Source: Amoebophrya sp. A120
Taxonomy: Eukaryota; Protista; Dinoflagellata
Length of the DNA stretch: 64,000 nt
Reading direction: 5' to 3'
NCBI GenBank assembly: GCA_905178155.1
Contig: CAJINV010000011.1
Location: 2,460,746-2,524,745 of the forward strand
Under the pieces are notes generated by a model that made no database searches, was not told where the DNA came from, and was given only the letters and a program-made list of their open reading frames with translations. Below are positions 48,201-60,200 of the stretch, piece by piece (the stretch's first letter is position 1; each line of letters opens with the position of its first letter). Made by a program: the position numbers and the translations under genes.

Positions 48201-51200
48201 GCGGAGGGGTCGAATTCTTATTTTCGGAACGGCGCGCGCCGAAGAATTTTTTTGTTGTTGCATCCAGCACTGGCCTCGGAAACAAGTCGTGGGCCACGCC
48301 TCCGCGCGGAGGCGAGGATTTCTTGTTTTCCCAGTGCGGAGCAAGAGCAACGACAACGGCGGGCCATTCCTGAGGAGGTGGGCGCCGCGGTTGTCTGGTT
48401 CCTTCCTTATGGGGCATAGTGCGCGCGCAATGGCGCCGTGTGGCTGCGCTCCTTAAGGCGCATGTAGCGTGGTGCGTGCGTTGTTACGGGCCTTTTGTCC
48501 GAGGGTAGCGCCTGTCGTGCAGGCGCCGCTGCATGGGATTCCGCTCCTGATCTCGGTGGCGACTCGCGAGGGGCTAAGGGTATGAGCATGCATGGGACAC
48601 CGGCGCCACGACAAAGCCAACCAACGGGCCGGGTCTTTGTTTGAGGCGCGCCACGTTTCGCCCTACCTTTTTTCGTTGTGTTGTTTCTGGAAAATCAAAA
48701 CTCATAGTCATGCGGCAACTTTTTGCGCCCGGCGGTGTAGGGGCCGACCTTCGTTGGAGTGAACTCTGCAGTAGTGGCGCCCGGCTTTCTTACAAACTGC
48801 CGGACGCCTTGTGCGATCGATCGGCGACGCACGACTCTCCCCTGCCCTCGCCAAGGCAGCCGCAGTTTCTCTGGCGCCGGGCAATCTGCTTAAATTATTG
48901 AAGTATCTGCTTCTACTACCTGATACACAGTAGACACGACGAGGACCAAAGGGAAAGCGGAAGTAGAGGACCAGCAGACGCCCGCGAAAGACGCTGTGAT
49001 GGGAGATGGGGGAAACATCGACAGCAAAGTTGATGACGAGGAGAAGAAGGAGGAGGCGGAACTAGTTATGCCTTGGACGGTCGTTAGCATACAGAAGGGT
49101 GAATTTGCAGTGAATTTGTATTGCATGACTTGCATTTACTTCAAAAGAGAAGTGCGCTGCGTAAAGGGCTGGGCACGAGCCCAAGCAGCTCACGCAGCGT
49201 GAAGGGCTGCTCGGTGCCAGGTGGCACTTGCAGCACCGAAAGAAGTAGTGGTAGGTCTTGCTGGGGCCCGCCGGACTGTGTAGTGCATATGTAACCAAAG
49301 AGTGTGGGTCGTGGGGCTCTTGTTCATCTGCGCGTCTGCCTCAGAAGTTCCTCTCCGGAATGGTCGGGAGGGAGGGCGACGCCTGAACACAGGGGCACTA
49401 GTTCAACACGTGCGCTCTCACGAGTTGTGGTTGTGGCTTGGAATTGGATATCTGGGAGTAGCCTCGGGTGGAAAGGAAGGCACGACTCGGCTACGGGCAC
49501 TAGCTTGCTTGGCCTGGTGTGCTCGGCTTACAACTCCCCAGGCGTGTTTTTGCCCCCGGAGCAAGTCTTTTTCGAGGTGGCTCTCAGGTCAAGAATTCTC
49601 TTGGTGAATTTTGAGGCTTTTTGTTTTTGCGACACTTTTTTGAAGCCCCCAAACCCGGAGTTTCTCACGCGCTAGCGAATTTTGAAAAGGAGCCGGAGGC
49701 CAAAATTCACCGGCGCCCTTTTCAAAATTCACCCCAAAATTCACCGGGCGCCCATTTTCGACCGTGATAAGCAAACTTTAGCGCAGAAAAGTGCTCAAAA
49801 AAGTGCACAGATAGGCCATGAGAAGGAACGCAAAGGGGGAAAAAGCGTAGTCCTCTGCTGCCCTAAGCCCGCCTGTATTCTGCTGAAAATGCCGCAAGAT
49901 TTCACGCGCCTGCCGGGAAAATGCGTCAAAGCTCTCGGCCGGGTCCTTTCGTCCTTGCCTGCCTTCTTGCTTAGTTGTATGCGCTTCGCAGCCTTTATTT
50001 CTGGCGTCTTTGCCGCGGCTGCTGCAGTGCTCTTCTGCGAGAACCCGGAGGCGCAAAAACCTGCCCAAAGAACGGCGCCCGGGCCATGTCCTCTGGCTGC
50101 CCACTGCACAAAAGCCCGCGGCTGCTGCGCGGTGCAGGGCCTTCTACTTCCCAGAACAGGGCCAAGAGGGACAATGTCCCGGCGGGCTCATCTGCAATTT
50201 GGCATGCAAAATTCACTACAAATTCACCACTTCTCATGCTAACGGGTGTTAAAGCTCTAGCATCGACAGCAAGGTTGATGACGAGGAGAAGAAGGAGGAG
50301 GCGGAACTCGAAGGAAATAACGAAGATGAGGACAAAAATCAAGGCACATATCACATGTAAAAATGTCTGGGTCTGGAAGATTCTGAGACTTGTCATGCAT
50401 GTTTTGCCTGGGCCATGATGTCTGTGATGCATGCCCTAGCATCACAGATTTTTTGAGGGCTTCGCGATGCCTATATCGCATGACAAATGCCCTCTCCGCG
50501 TAGCAAAAATTACACTCCCTTTGCTGCTCATGCAATACAGATTTTTTTGGAATCCAAATGCAGCATCACAAGTTGCATTCTTCCAGACCCAGACACTTTT
50601 ACATTTGATAGCACAACATCAACGACAACAAATTTCCTCGACCAGGTGCAGCTGAAGCTGGAGGGGCCGTACTATTTCGAGACCGACAAGGACACCAAAG
50701 AGGTGGAGATTGAACTCTCTCCCTGGATCGAGGGGAAGTACGTGTTGGTGAAATTTATGGACTCCTGGTCAGACAAGAAGGAAAATTTCGATCTGGCCGT
50801 CATGGGATTGCTCGGGTTCCCGGGGAAGCAGAAGAAGAAAGAAAAGAAGCAAGAGGATTTATTCGGGCCCATCTGGCACCGGCAATACAGAAAACCCATC
50901 GTGCACCCATGCGTATTGAAAATGTTTTTTTTCTTTCTAATAGTAATAAAAATGATTTTCAATTTTTTGTGACGATGAGTTCTGCACGCGTTAGAAATTC
51001 AGAGCTTTCATTTCGCTATTTCGTTTGCTAACTAAGTGAACGAAGCGCTTTGTAATATGTGAACCTGTTGTACCACCTGTGCATGTGCTGGCGGTACTTC
51101 TTCCAACAAAAGCAAAACGAAATAAGTATATGATTTATGACTGTTGCCGAACTACATCATCCTCACCCAATGAAAACTACAGCTTCTCCGTTCCATGTAT

Positions 51201-54200
51201 TCCTCATCGGGTTGGGTGTGTGACGGTCGCGACTTTCCGGGTGGTTGCCGGTCTAGGCAGACGGATTTCAACCAAACTTCCGTCTACACCATGACCTTCC
51301 GCAGCTCTAGCACCGGGGTGGATTTGTGTGAAAAATGCGTGCGCGACCCGTGCATGGGGCAAGTCACGAAGGAAATCGCCAAGCAGGACGTCGAAGCCCT
51401 CGTAATCGGGTGCCACGACCGCGGTGATTTCTCCCCATCTGACGTCCACGTGGCCAAGCTCGCGTCGGTGCGGATTTGCACGGCCGTCCGACGGAACTGG
51501 CGGTATGTTTTACCTTTTTACTTAGAAGCGGGACTCTTGGAGGCGATGCAGCACGTGATGGCGAAAATTGACGACATTGTCATGTCTTTGGACGAAGGGA
51601 ACTTCCGGCTAGTGTCAGCATCTGCCAGCTCGGCAGCGGAGAAGGCGCGCCGACAGCCCAAACCGGCGTCGAATAACAACAGTTCAGAGGAAAACGGGAA
51701 CAACGGAAATAGCGCCAATCCGAACAAATCCTCGTCCTCGTCCCGAAAAGGTGGGTCGTCCAGTCTGGAGTGCCACAAGCGGATTCTGCGGCAGTGCATG
51801 CACAGTCTGATGACGGATATCAGTCACTGCGTGTTTTTCGGATACCGGGGGGATTTACATCCAGGCGACCAAGTGTACTACAAGGTGGATACAGCGACCA
51901 GTGTCGGAACAGCAGTAGACCAAGGTAGTTCATCGACATCAAGCAATAAAACTTGGTACCAGGGAAAGTTCATCAACTTCTCGGACGACGGGGAATACGC
52001 GATCGTGGAGGGCCCACCAGATCCAAGTGTCACTGCCACGAAGAGTGGGGAAACCAATAAATCGTCGAATAGTGGTTCTCCGAAGAACGAAAATGCGCTG
52101 TCAAAACTCTCGTCCCTATTCCGGTCCGCATTACCAGGAGGTGGTGGCAGTGCGGTCGCTGCTCAACCCTCCGCGGAGAGCGAGAGCTTGAAAAAAGCGT
52201 TGGAACTGCAGCACCCGGCAAGACCGGTGGAGCACAGGGTGAACCCGATGTACTGCTGGCGGAAATCGACCATTGTGCCGCCGAGCGACGGACCGCCATT
52301 GAGTGCCCCGATGTCGGCGCGGAGCGGGAAAACGGACATTATGAAAACTTTGGAACTGGCGGATGAGGTAGAATAAGAATGGATTTTTTCTTGTCTGTGA
52401 CTTATTTCTAGCATTAGCAACCTTGTGTGATAGATATTACGAGACGTGCTTGGGTTTTGTTGTTCTTGCGAGGGCCTGTTCGTAGAGGTAGATGAGGTTA
52501 TTGACCAGTACAACAAGCTAGTGGATACTTTCTTCAGTTGTTTCGAATTATTGTCGTCTCGAAAAATTCCATCAGGTTTGCCGCGGTCCGGACTGTGATC
52601 TCTCCAAAGTCCAGTCCCTCGTGAAGCTCTCGGACACGATGTGCACGAACGGACAGGGCTGCACGCTCTTGTTCCTCGTATCAAATGTAAAAATGTCTGG
52701 GTCTGGAAGAATGCAACTTGTGATGCTGAATTTGGATTCCAAAAAAATCTGTATTGCATGAGCAGCAAAGGGAATGCAATTTTTGCTACGTGGAGAGGGC
52801 ATTTGTCATGCGGAATAGGCATCGCGAAACCCTCAAAAAATCTGTGATGCTAGGGCATGCATCACAGACATCATGGCCAATGCACAACATGCATGACAAA
52901 TCTCAGAATCTTCCAGACGCAGACCCAGACATTTTTACATTTCATACCTCGCGGTGTTGCACAACTGTCCCAACAACATCCTGAAATGCCTCATCGAAGA
53001 AGGCGGTGCCAGCGTCGAGGTCGGCGGGCTCCGCAGCGGCATCTCGCTTTTCGAACTCGCGCAGGGCAATGGGTATGATTTGGAGGGGCTGAAGCTGCTG
53101 GACTCTGCGGAGCGAAGAACGAATAATCACCCGTTTATGCAGGAAAACCCTCTCACCGGGGAGAAGACGCTGCCCGAGTCGTTCTTTTTGAAAAAGGCAT
53201 CGGGTATTGAGGGAGACGGCGCAGCTGTCGGGAAGAACGAAGTTTTGTGGGGCAGTTCGGACGACGAATCCCTTTCCGATCGCGGCAGCAAGGGGTTCGA
53301 GGAAAAAGACTCTGACGAAGACGAGGACGAGCTGAATCCGGAGCAAAATCTGTCGAAGATTTTCGCGGAGGGGGGAACGAAAAAGCGACGGTTAAACGCG
53401 AGCCCGGATGGCGAGAATGCCAATCGTGATTCGGGAAAAAACAATAACAAAGACGACGATACAAAGCGAAAGAAGAAGAAGCAGAAGAAGTCGAAGTCCA
53501 AAGAGCGGAAGGAAAGCCTCAAAAAGGAGAAAAAGAGCAAGAAAGCTTTAAACAGTAAACCCAGTACGGAAGACATCATCGACGTTGAAGAACAGAAAAA
53601 TTCCTTAGAAGGTGGCGCTACTTCTACTTCCAACAAGTCGTGGCACTTTCTGTCCGTCAACGGCTTCCGGGAGAAATTCGGCGCGAAATTGCTGCCGTTA
53701 ATCCACCAGGTGATTACCGCGTATCCGGTCATGCAGGGAAACTTCGCGCCTTGCCAACAGAAGGAAAGCAGCATGATGGGCAGCATGACGCAGATCATCC
53801 AGGCGGCGGAGAAACTTTTATCCGCGACAGACAACACCTGGGCGGGTACGGTGGGCCCAAGATTAGCGGCTAGTTCCTTGCAGTCTCCGTACACCACGGA
53901 CGGGCCTTCGGCAAAGCAGATGCTCCAGGTGATAGACCAGTTGCCGATTGAGGGGTTGTACGCGCTGGAACCGATGGTGAAAAACCCCGCGCTGATCTAC
54001 GACATATTGTACAGTTCTCGCCCGGCGTATCAAGCGTTCACGAAAATCCTGCAAGCGATTGTGACAACGGATTCCCTGGAAATCGCTTATCACGGGTGCC
54101 AGTTTTTGAATCTAATCGCGTCTTATCGGAATTTTCTCGTGTACAAAATGGACGACACTTCTTGCACGGAGCCGAAAACGCCAACCGCGAAAAAGATCCC

Positions 54201-57200
54201 GGACAATGTATTCCCCCGGCTGATCAAATCCCACGGGGGTTTGAAATGGGCGGAGCGGATCGTGGAGGCGAAACTGCCGCTGACCCCGGCCACGAAGAAA
54301 ACCAAGGAGGCGAGCAGCGCGCTTGCGACCAGCAACACCGGTCGTGTGAACCCGTCAGGGGGGGATCACGGCGTCAGTGCTGGAGTTTCGTCCTCATCTT
54401 CGAGTCTTGGTGCTTCTCAGCCGAACATCGAGGCGGCGAGCCTGCTCGGGTTCTACCGCCACACCGACCTCGGGAAGAAGGACACGCTGCCGAAACTGCG
54501 AGCGGAGGCGGAAAAATTGATCTCGCTTTTGACAGGCACAGGCAGTAATAACGACACGGCGGCAATAAATACCTCAGAAACTACGGTGAGCACGACGACT
54601 GCTGGAGCGGCAACATCTTCTAGCACTACTTTCGGCGCTGCTACTGAAGCGAGTTCGACGAAGAACGTTTCGAATCTGGTCTCCATCACGACGACGTCCG
54701 CGCAGGAATCTTTTTCTTCCGCGTCCTCCTGCGGCGGAGGCGGTGGCACGAACAGTGAGCAGCTGCAAGTCACCGTGTCTCCCTTCTCGAAGATCTCTTC
54801 CCTCTCCCAAGCTTCCGGCCTCGAGATCCGGGAATGCTTGTGCGAGTTGCGGCAACTATTGCACGACACGCGCGCGCGGTCGCTCATCCAGGAGGCCGAT
54901 GCCGCGACGTGTAGTACCAGCTTCGAGCTCGCCTCGGTGTGCGCGATTCCGGGGTCGCTGCTCGAGGTTCTGCAGCAGTGCGAGCGGAATTTGTTGCTGT
55001 TCCACGAGGTTTTTCAGGATATTGAAGATTTCAAACGATTAACCTCGTTTTTGCACGAGGTGATCGATCTGGGCGAGACCTTTCCGGTCTGGAAGCACAA
55101 GGTGGACCGAGGGTTGCGGGCGTTGACGGACATGTACCCGTTGCGGTTGAACCGTGCGTTGTTTCCTGGAGCAGGTGGTGAAAAAAGCAAAGACGAACAC
55201 GCAAATAAGCGGAATATTAAGTCCACCACGCCGATCGCGACAGCTTTGTCCAACAAGGAGGAGAAGCAGAAAGCGTCGGCCTTGGTCCCGCAGAACCCTT
55301 TGATGTACCTGCCGGACAGCCTGCGGACGCAGGATTTCTTTGTCACGGTGGAGCCACTGGTCACCGTGCAGGAGTTATCTCACTACCTGCAGCAAATTAC
55401 ACCAATCACGGACGAAAGCTACTTGAGGTACTGCTTCGATTTAGTTGGGTCCGTGATCCGGGTGCGGAACGACCGGGAGTATCTGGTGACGGAGTTCACC
55501 GTGTTCCCGGGAGAGATCCACCTACCCATGCACACACTGAAACCTTTACCAGTGGTGAAGGAGTCCACCGCGTTTTCGCATCTAGTCCCGAAATCACCGC
55601 TACAGTCGCCGGCGGAGTCGAAAACCGCGAACAACGGCAATAACGACGACGAAACGCCAGTGCAGATGGTCTTGAACTTGCGCCAGTACGAGGTTCTGTC
55701 GTTACCGGAGAACAAGGCTTTCACTTTAGAGAAGACGAAATTTCTGTCCCTGCTGATGGTGCTGAAAGTCTCCCTTTCCCCTCGCGACTACACCGACGCG
55801 CTGATGCACCTGGTCGACGGCGTGGATTTAGCAGCGGTGAAGGAAGAGAAAACCCTGGTTCGCATGGGCGACTTTGGGTCCGCAGCCAACAGTCCGGTGG
55901 ACGCAAAGCGGGACGATATCCTCGCGAAATCGGCCGTCGCGGACGCGCTCGTCGTGAGTACTAACCTGGGTTCGCCGAAACCAAAAACGATTGTCGCCGG
56001 AGGACAAGGGAACAAGAAGACCTTCCCGGTCAACGAGCACCAGATTGAGGTGTTGAAACGACTGCAAGATGCCTTACTCGGCGGGTCCGCGAGTGGGAAA
56101 GCCGCGGAGACGGATTCGCTGGCTTCTCTAAGGACGTGTTTGATTGAAGAGCTGGACAACTGCCGGGTGTACCTGGAGCAGCGTTGCGCGGGCAGCTCGG
56201 GTTTGTTGGGAGCTGCGGGTGCAGGTGCGGAGAAGAAGAAGATCACGAACCAGCAGGTGGACCCAGCGCAAAAATGCCACACGGTCTTCATCGTGCACAC
56301 GGGCGGCGCGGACGTCCCGTTCGACATGATCTGGGGCATGCTCAGGGACGACATTATCAACGCCGTTCGGGAGCTGTGCCCGCGTTCCAGTCTGCAGTCG
56401 GAAGAAACGCTTCAGGCTGGCATTACGGCGAACGGCATGGGGCCGCTGGCGAAGTGTTTGACCATGGCGGAGGCCGAGCGACTGGCGGCGCGGGTGGGAA
56501 ACTGCCTGCAGACCGCCGTGCAAGTCGATCACGACGAGTTTGCGAAAATCAAGGAGAAGGAGGAGCAGCTGCAGCAGCAGGCGCTCTCCCTGGCGGCCAA
56601 GCGGGGCTCGTTAAACTCTGCGACCGCGGCCCATCTGTCCGCCGGCCTGCGGGTGCAGTTCGCGTCGAAGCCGCTGTCCGGTTCTGGCAGTGGTGCCGGC
56701 AGCTCCGCGTCCTCCTCCGCGAACAAAAACAAGGACCCCTACGACAGCAAGGGTGTGATCTTGGCAAGGTCCACGAATCTGCTCGGGCATGACGAGGCGG
56801 CGGCGTCGCAGGCGTTGTTGGGTGGAAATAAATCCATTGCATCACCGGGGTCGGAAATCACGTTCGACATCCTGGACGACTCCGGAGTGTTGTTTGAGTG
56901 TTTGCCGAAGGCCCGCGTGAAGATCAGCAAGTCGGATCTGGAGAAACTGAACCGGTCCGCCTCCTCTACCAGCGTCAGCGCCCAGGACATGCGAGTGTCC
57001 GGGCTGGGACCCATCATGCGCCTCCGCGACCGCATGCGGTCCGCCTTTCCGTCCGGGCTAGCGGGCGAGAGCGAGGTGTCGAGGGACCCACCCGCCAGTC
57101 GGGGACTGTTTGGGGGCGCCGCGTCGGAGTCGAAAGGTATAGAGCATGTAGTAAGTTTGATAGTGCCAGCAAGCTCGCTTTTTAGTTAACGAGTTTCTGG

Positions 57201-60200
57201 TTCCTTTCACGGTCGCATTCGATTATAGACACGATCACGAGCAATAGTTTGCTAATCTTCCACTGCGTAATAGCAATAGAAGCCGGGCCGTCGTAGAAGT
57301 GGAGTTTTTGAATCGTAGGCATCGTAAAAAAAGTGTAAGAAAGTTTTTGGCTTTGTTGAACCTTCCCATTGATTCGGTAAACCTGAACGTATCTTCTTCT
57401 CCCAGGTGCCGGCAAGTTAGGGGACGACCCGTCTTACCGACGACCCGGGCACCAGGTCCGCAGCAGTGGCAAAGGACCTGAATCATCTTCCGCGGAGAAG
57501 GGAAGTGGTGCTTCTGCCTTCGGGAGCGGCAAGGGATGGTTCGTGAACAGCTCTGCCGGGCCGGTTTACATCGAGGAAAAGGGCGGCAAGAAGGGCAAGA
57601 AAGTGGGCATCTTTAAGGGGTCTTCTGCCGATTTCTGGAGCAGCCTGGGCGTCGTCGACGGTGGGAAGGGGAAGGGCAAAGGCGATGCTAGTGGTAGTAC
57701 GGGGAAGGGTCGTTCTCCGAGTCTTGCTCGTGCGGGTTCGAGCCGCGGCGCGGGGCGAGGCCCGATCGACGCCATGTTCCAGGCGGCCATTGACGCGAGC
57801 GGAGAAAACGATCCTGCATCGAGGTCGATCTTCGGGTTCGGAGGTGCATCAGCAGCTTCAGCCGCGGCAAACCAACCGCCTGCCCTCAGCGCTCTGTCGG
57901 GTAGTTCCAGCGCCCCGGCAGCAGCGGCTGGCGCGGCAGCCGCTGCCGCTCCGAGCGGAGGAGAACAAATGTTGAACAATGTTTCAGCAGCAATCGCCGC
58001 ACAGCAAGAGAATTCCTCCGCTTCTTCCGCCGCCAACGAGATCAGCAGTTTCGCGGAGGAGAGCGTGCGACCCGACCGCGCGGGGGAATCTTCCGCTGCG
58101 GCCAGCGACAACAACGGGGGAGAGCAGCAAAACCAGAATAACCCCTCTGGTGACAGCAACCCTATGAACATTCCCCCCGCCCCGGAAGCCCCGGCACCGC
58201 CACCCCCAGATCATGATCGCCCCGCTGCGCCGTTTCCTGCCGCTGCAGTGGATCTAGTTAACATGCAAGACGACAGCCCGCGCCAGCGACGGGGATCAGT
58301 TGGTAACGACAGCGAGCGCGACCCTCTCCTCGAGGGCCTACCGCAAGGCGGAGATTCCGTCCCGTTTGAGGAAGAAGAGGAGGAAGTGTCCATTATTCTA
58401 AGTACAAACGTCCCCACCCCAGGGTTGTCATGCAAATCTGCATGCTTAAAATGTTTCTCATGCGCCGGAGCCCCATGAGAAGCATTTTCTAGTCGTGTTT
58501 TGGAGTTTGTCATGCTCCAATCAGCATGATATGCTAGATCTGTCATGCTGCTGAACTACCTCAAACAGCACTACACTACGGGCCCAAACTTGTCATGCAA
58601 AACAGCCAAAGCTTGTGGATTTGTCTAGCCGATTCCCCATCTTGACTACGGGGTGGCGACGTTTTTACAAATGATATCCATCTCCGCGTCCGGGGAACGA
58701 CCGGAAAACGAGAATTTGGACGGGGACATAAACCGATCTGGAGCTGTATGCATTGCAACAGTATCGTACTACTAAGTAGTTTAAATTGCATTACAAATTA
58801 GCCCAGCATTACAAATTGAATTTGTAATGCTGATTCACCTTGGGAAAGAGATTTGTCATGCATAAACGCAATTACTACTAGTACGATACTTTTGCACAGG
58901 ATAAGCTGCTGGCGCGTCGAGCAACAATCCGAACAACGACGACTGGATGGAAGACAGCCAGTACGACGACGGCGTATGACAGTGCACAACTCCCCCTCCC
59001 CCTCATTTGTATAGCATGAACGGCAAGCCAACTGTCAGCAAGAATACAGGTTTTGCATCACAAATTTGCACAGGAGTGTAGTGCTATTTGGGCTGCCAAA
59101 ATTTGTCATGCAAAAAGTGCCAAGAGGCAAAGGGTAGATTTGGTATTTTGCATTACAAATGAGAGGGATGGGGGGTTGTACACTCTCATACGGCGAGGAC
59201 GATTTTTACTACGGTGTGGACGACCACGACGACCACGACAGCGAAGGAGACGAGCCCTATCCTGTGCAAAAGCATCATACTAGTATGAATTGCATTACAA
59301 ATTGGGTTTGCATTACAAATTGGATTTGTAATGCGGATCTGCCTTAAGATGAAAATTTGTAATGCATGACTGCAATTACAACGATACTTTTGCATTGCAT
59401 AAGCCCAGTTCCGGCGGAATCTTAGAGTCCTTCCTCGGCGGGGGCGCGGGGGGAGCTGCGTCTTCTTCCGCTGCTGTTGAGTCGGGTTCGCAGGCGGCCG
59501 CGGCATTGTCCGGCGTGGATATCAGCGGCCGGAGCCGGGATCGACTTTTGGAACAATTGGTTATGATGGAAGAAATGTTCGCCGGCGGAAGGTCAAGCAG
59601 GTACTGGTTTACGTGGTTTGGTGTTGGGATTGGTATATGATTCGTCCTGGTTGTTCTGGTCGTAAATGACAAACCAACTACTAGTACGGTCTTCCTCTTC
59701 TAGGATCAAGGTCGTCCATAGGTGGATGTAGAAGCGCACTTACTACTCAGAAGTGATTATTCCCATGATTCGGAAAATAAATCGTTCTTTCTTCATGAAG
59801 CACAAATCATAAAAACCAAATCCCAGGTCGGGCGCCGGCGGTGTTTCATCCGGCAACTCACGCTCCGCTGCTCGCGGTCTGAGCGGCAGCATTTTCAGTC
59901 TTTTGTCGGGCGGCGCGGGGGGCCGCGGAGGCGGTGGCTTCGACGACGATTTGCTGGTGTCAATGGGCGGCGGACATAGTTCAGACCGCCACCGCTCCAG
60001 TGCACAAGCCGTGGAGAGCCTGAAGCGCGTGGGCGAGTTCCCGCTGAAAGCGTCGCTGCCCGGTTTCACCAGGACCGCCGAGGTGAACGACCCACGGTCG
60101 ACGCTGGAGCACCCGGTCTCCGAGCGGGTTACGCAGGCAGAACTGGAGTCGCAACTCGAATACTTGTTGCCCGAGCAGGACAATGTCAATGGCGATAATC

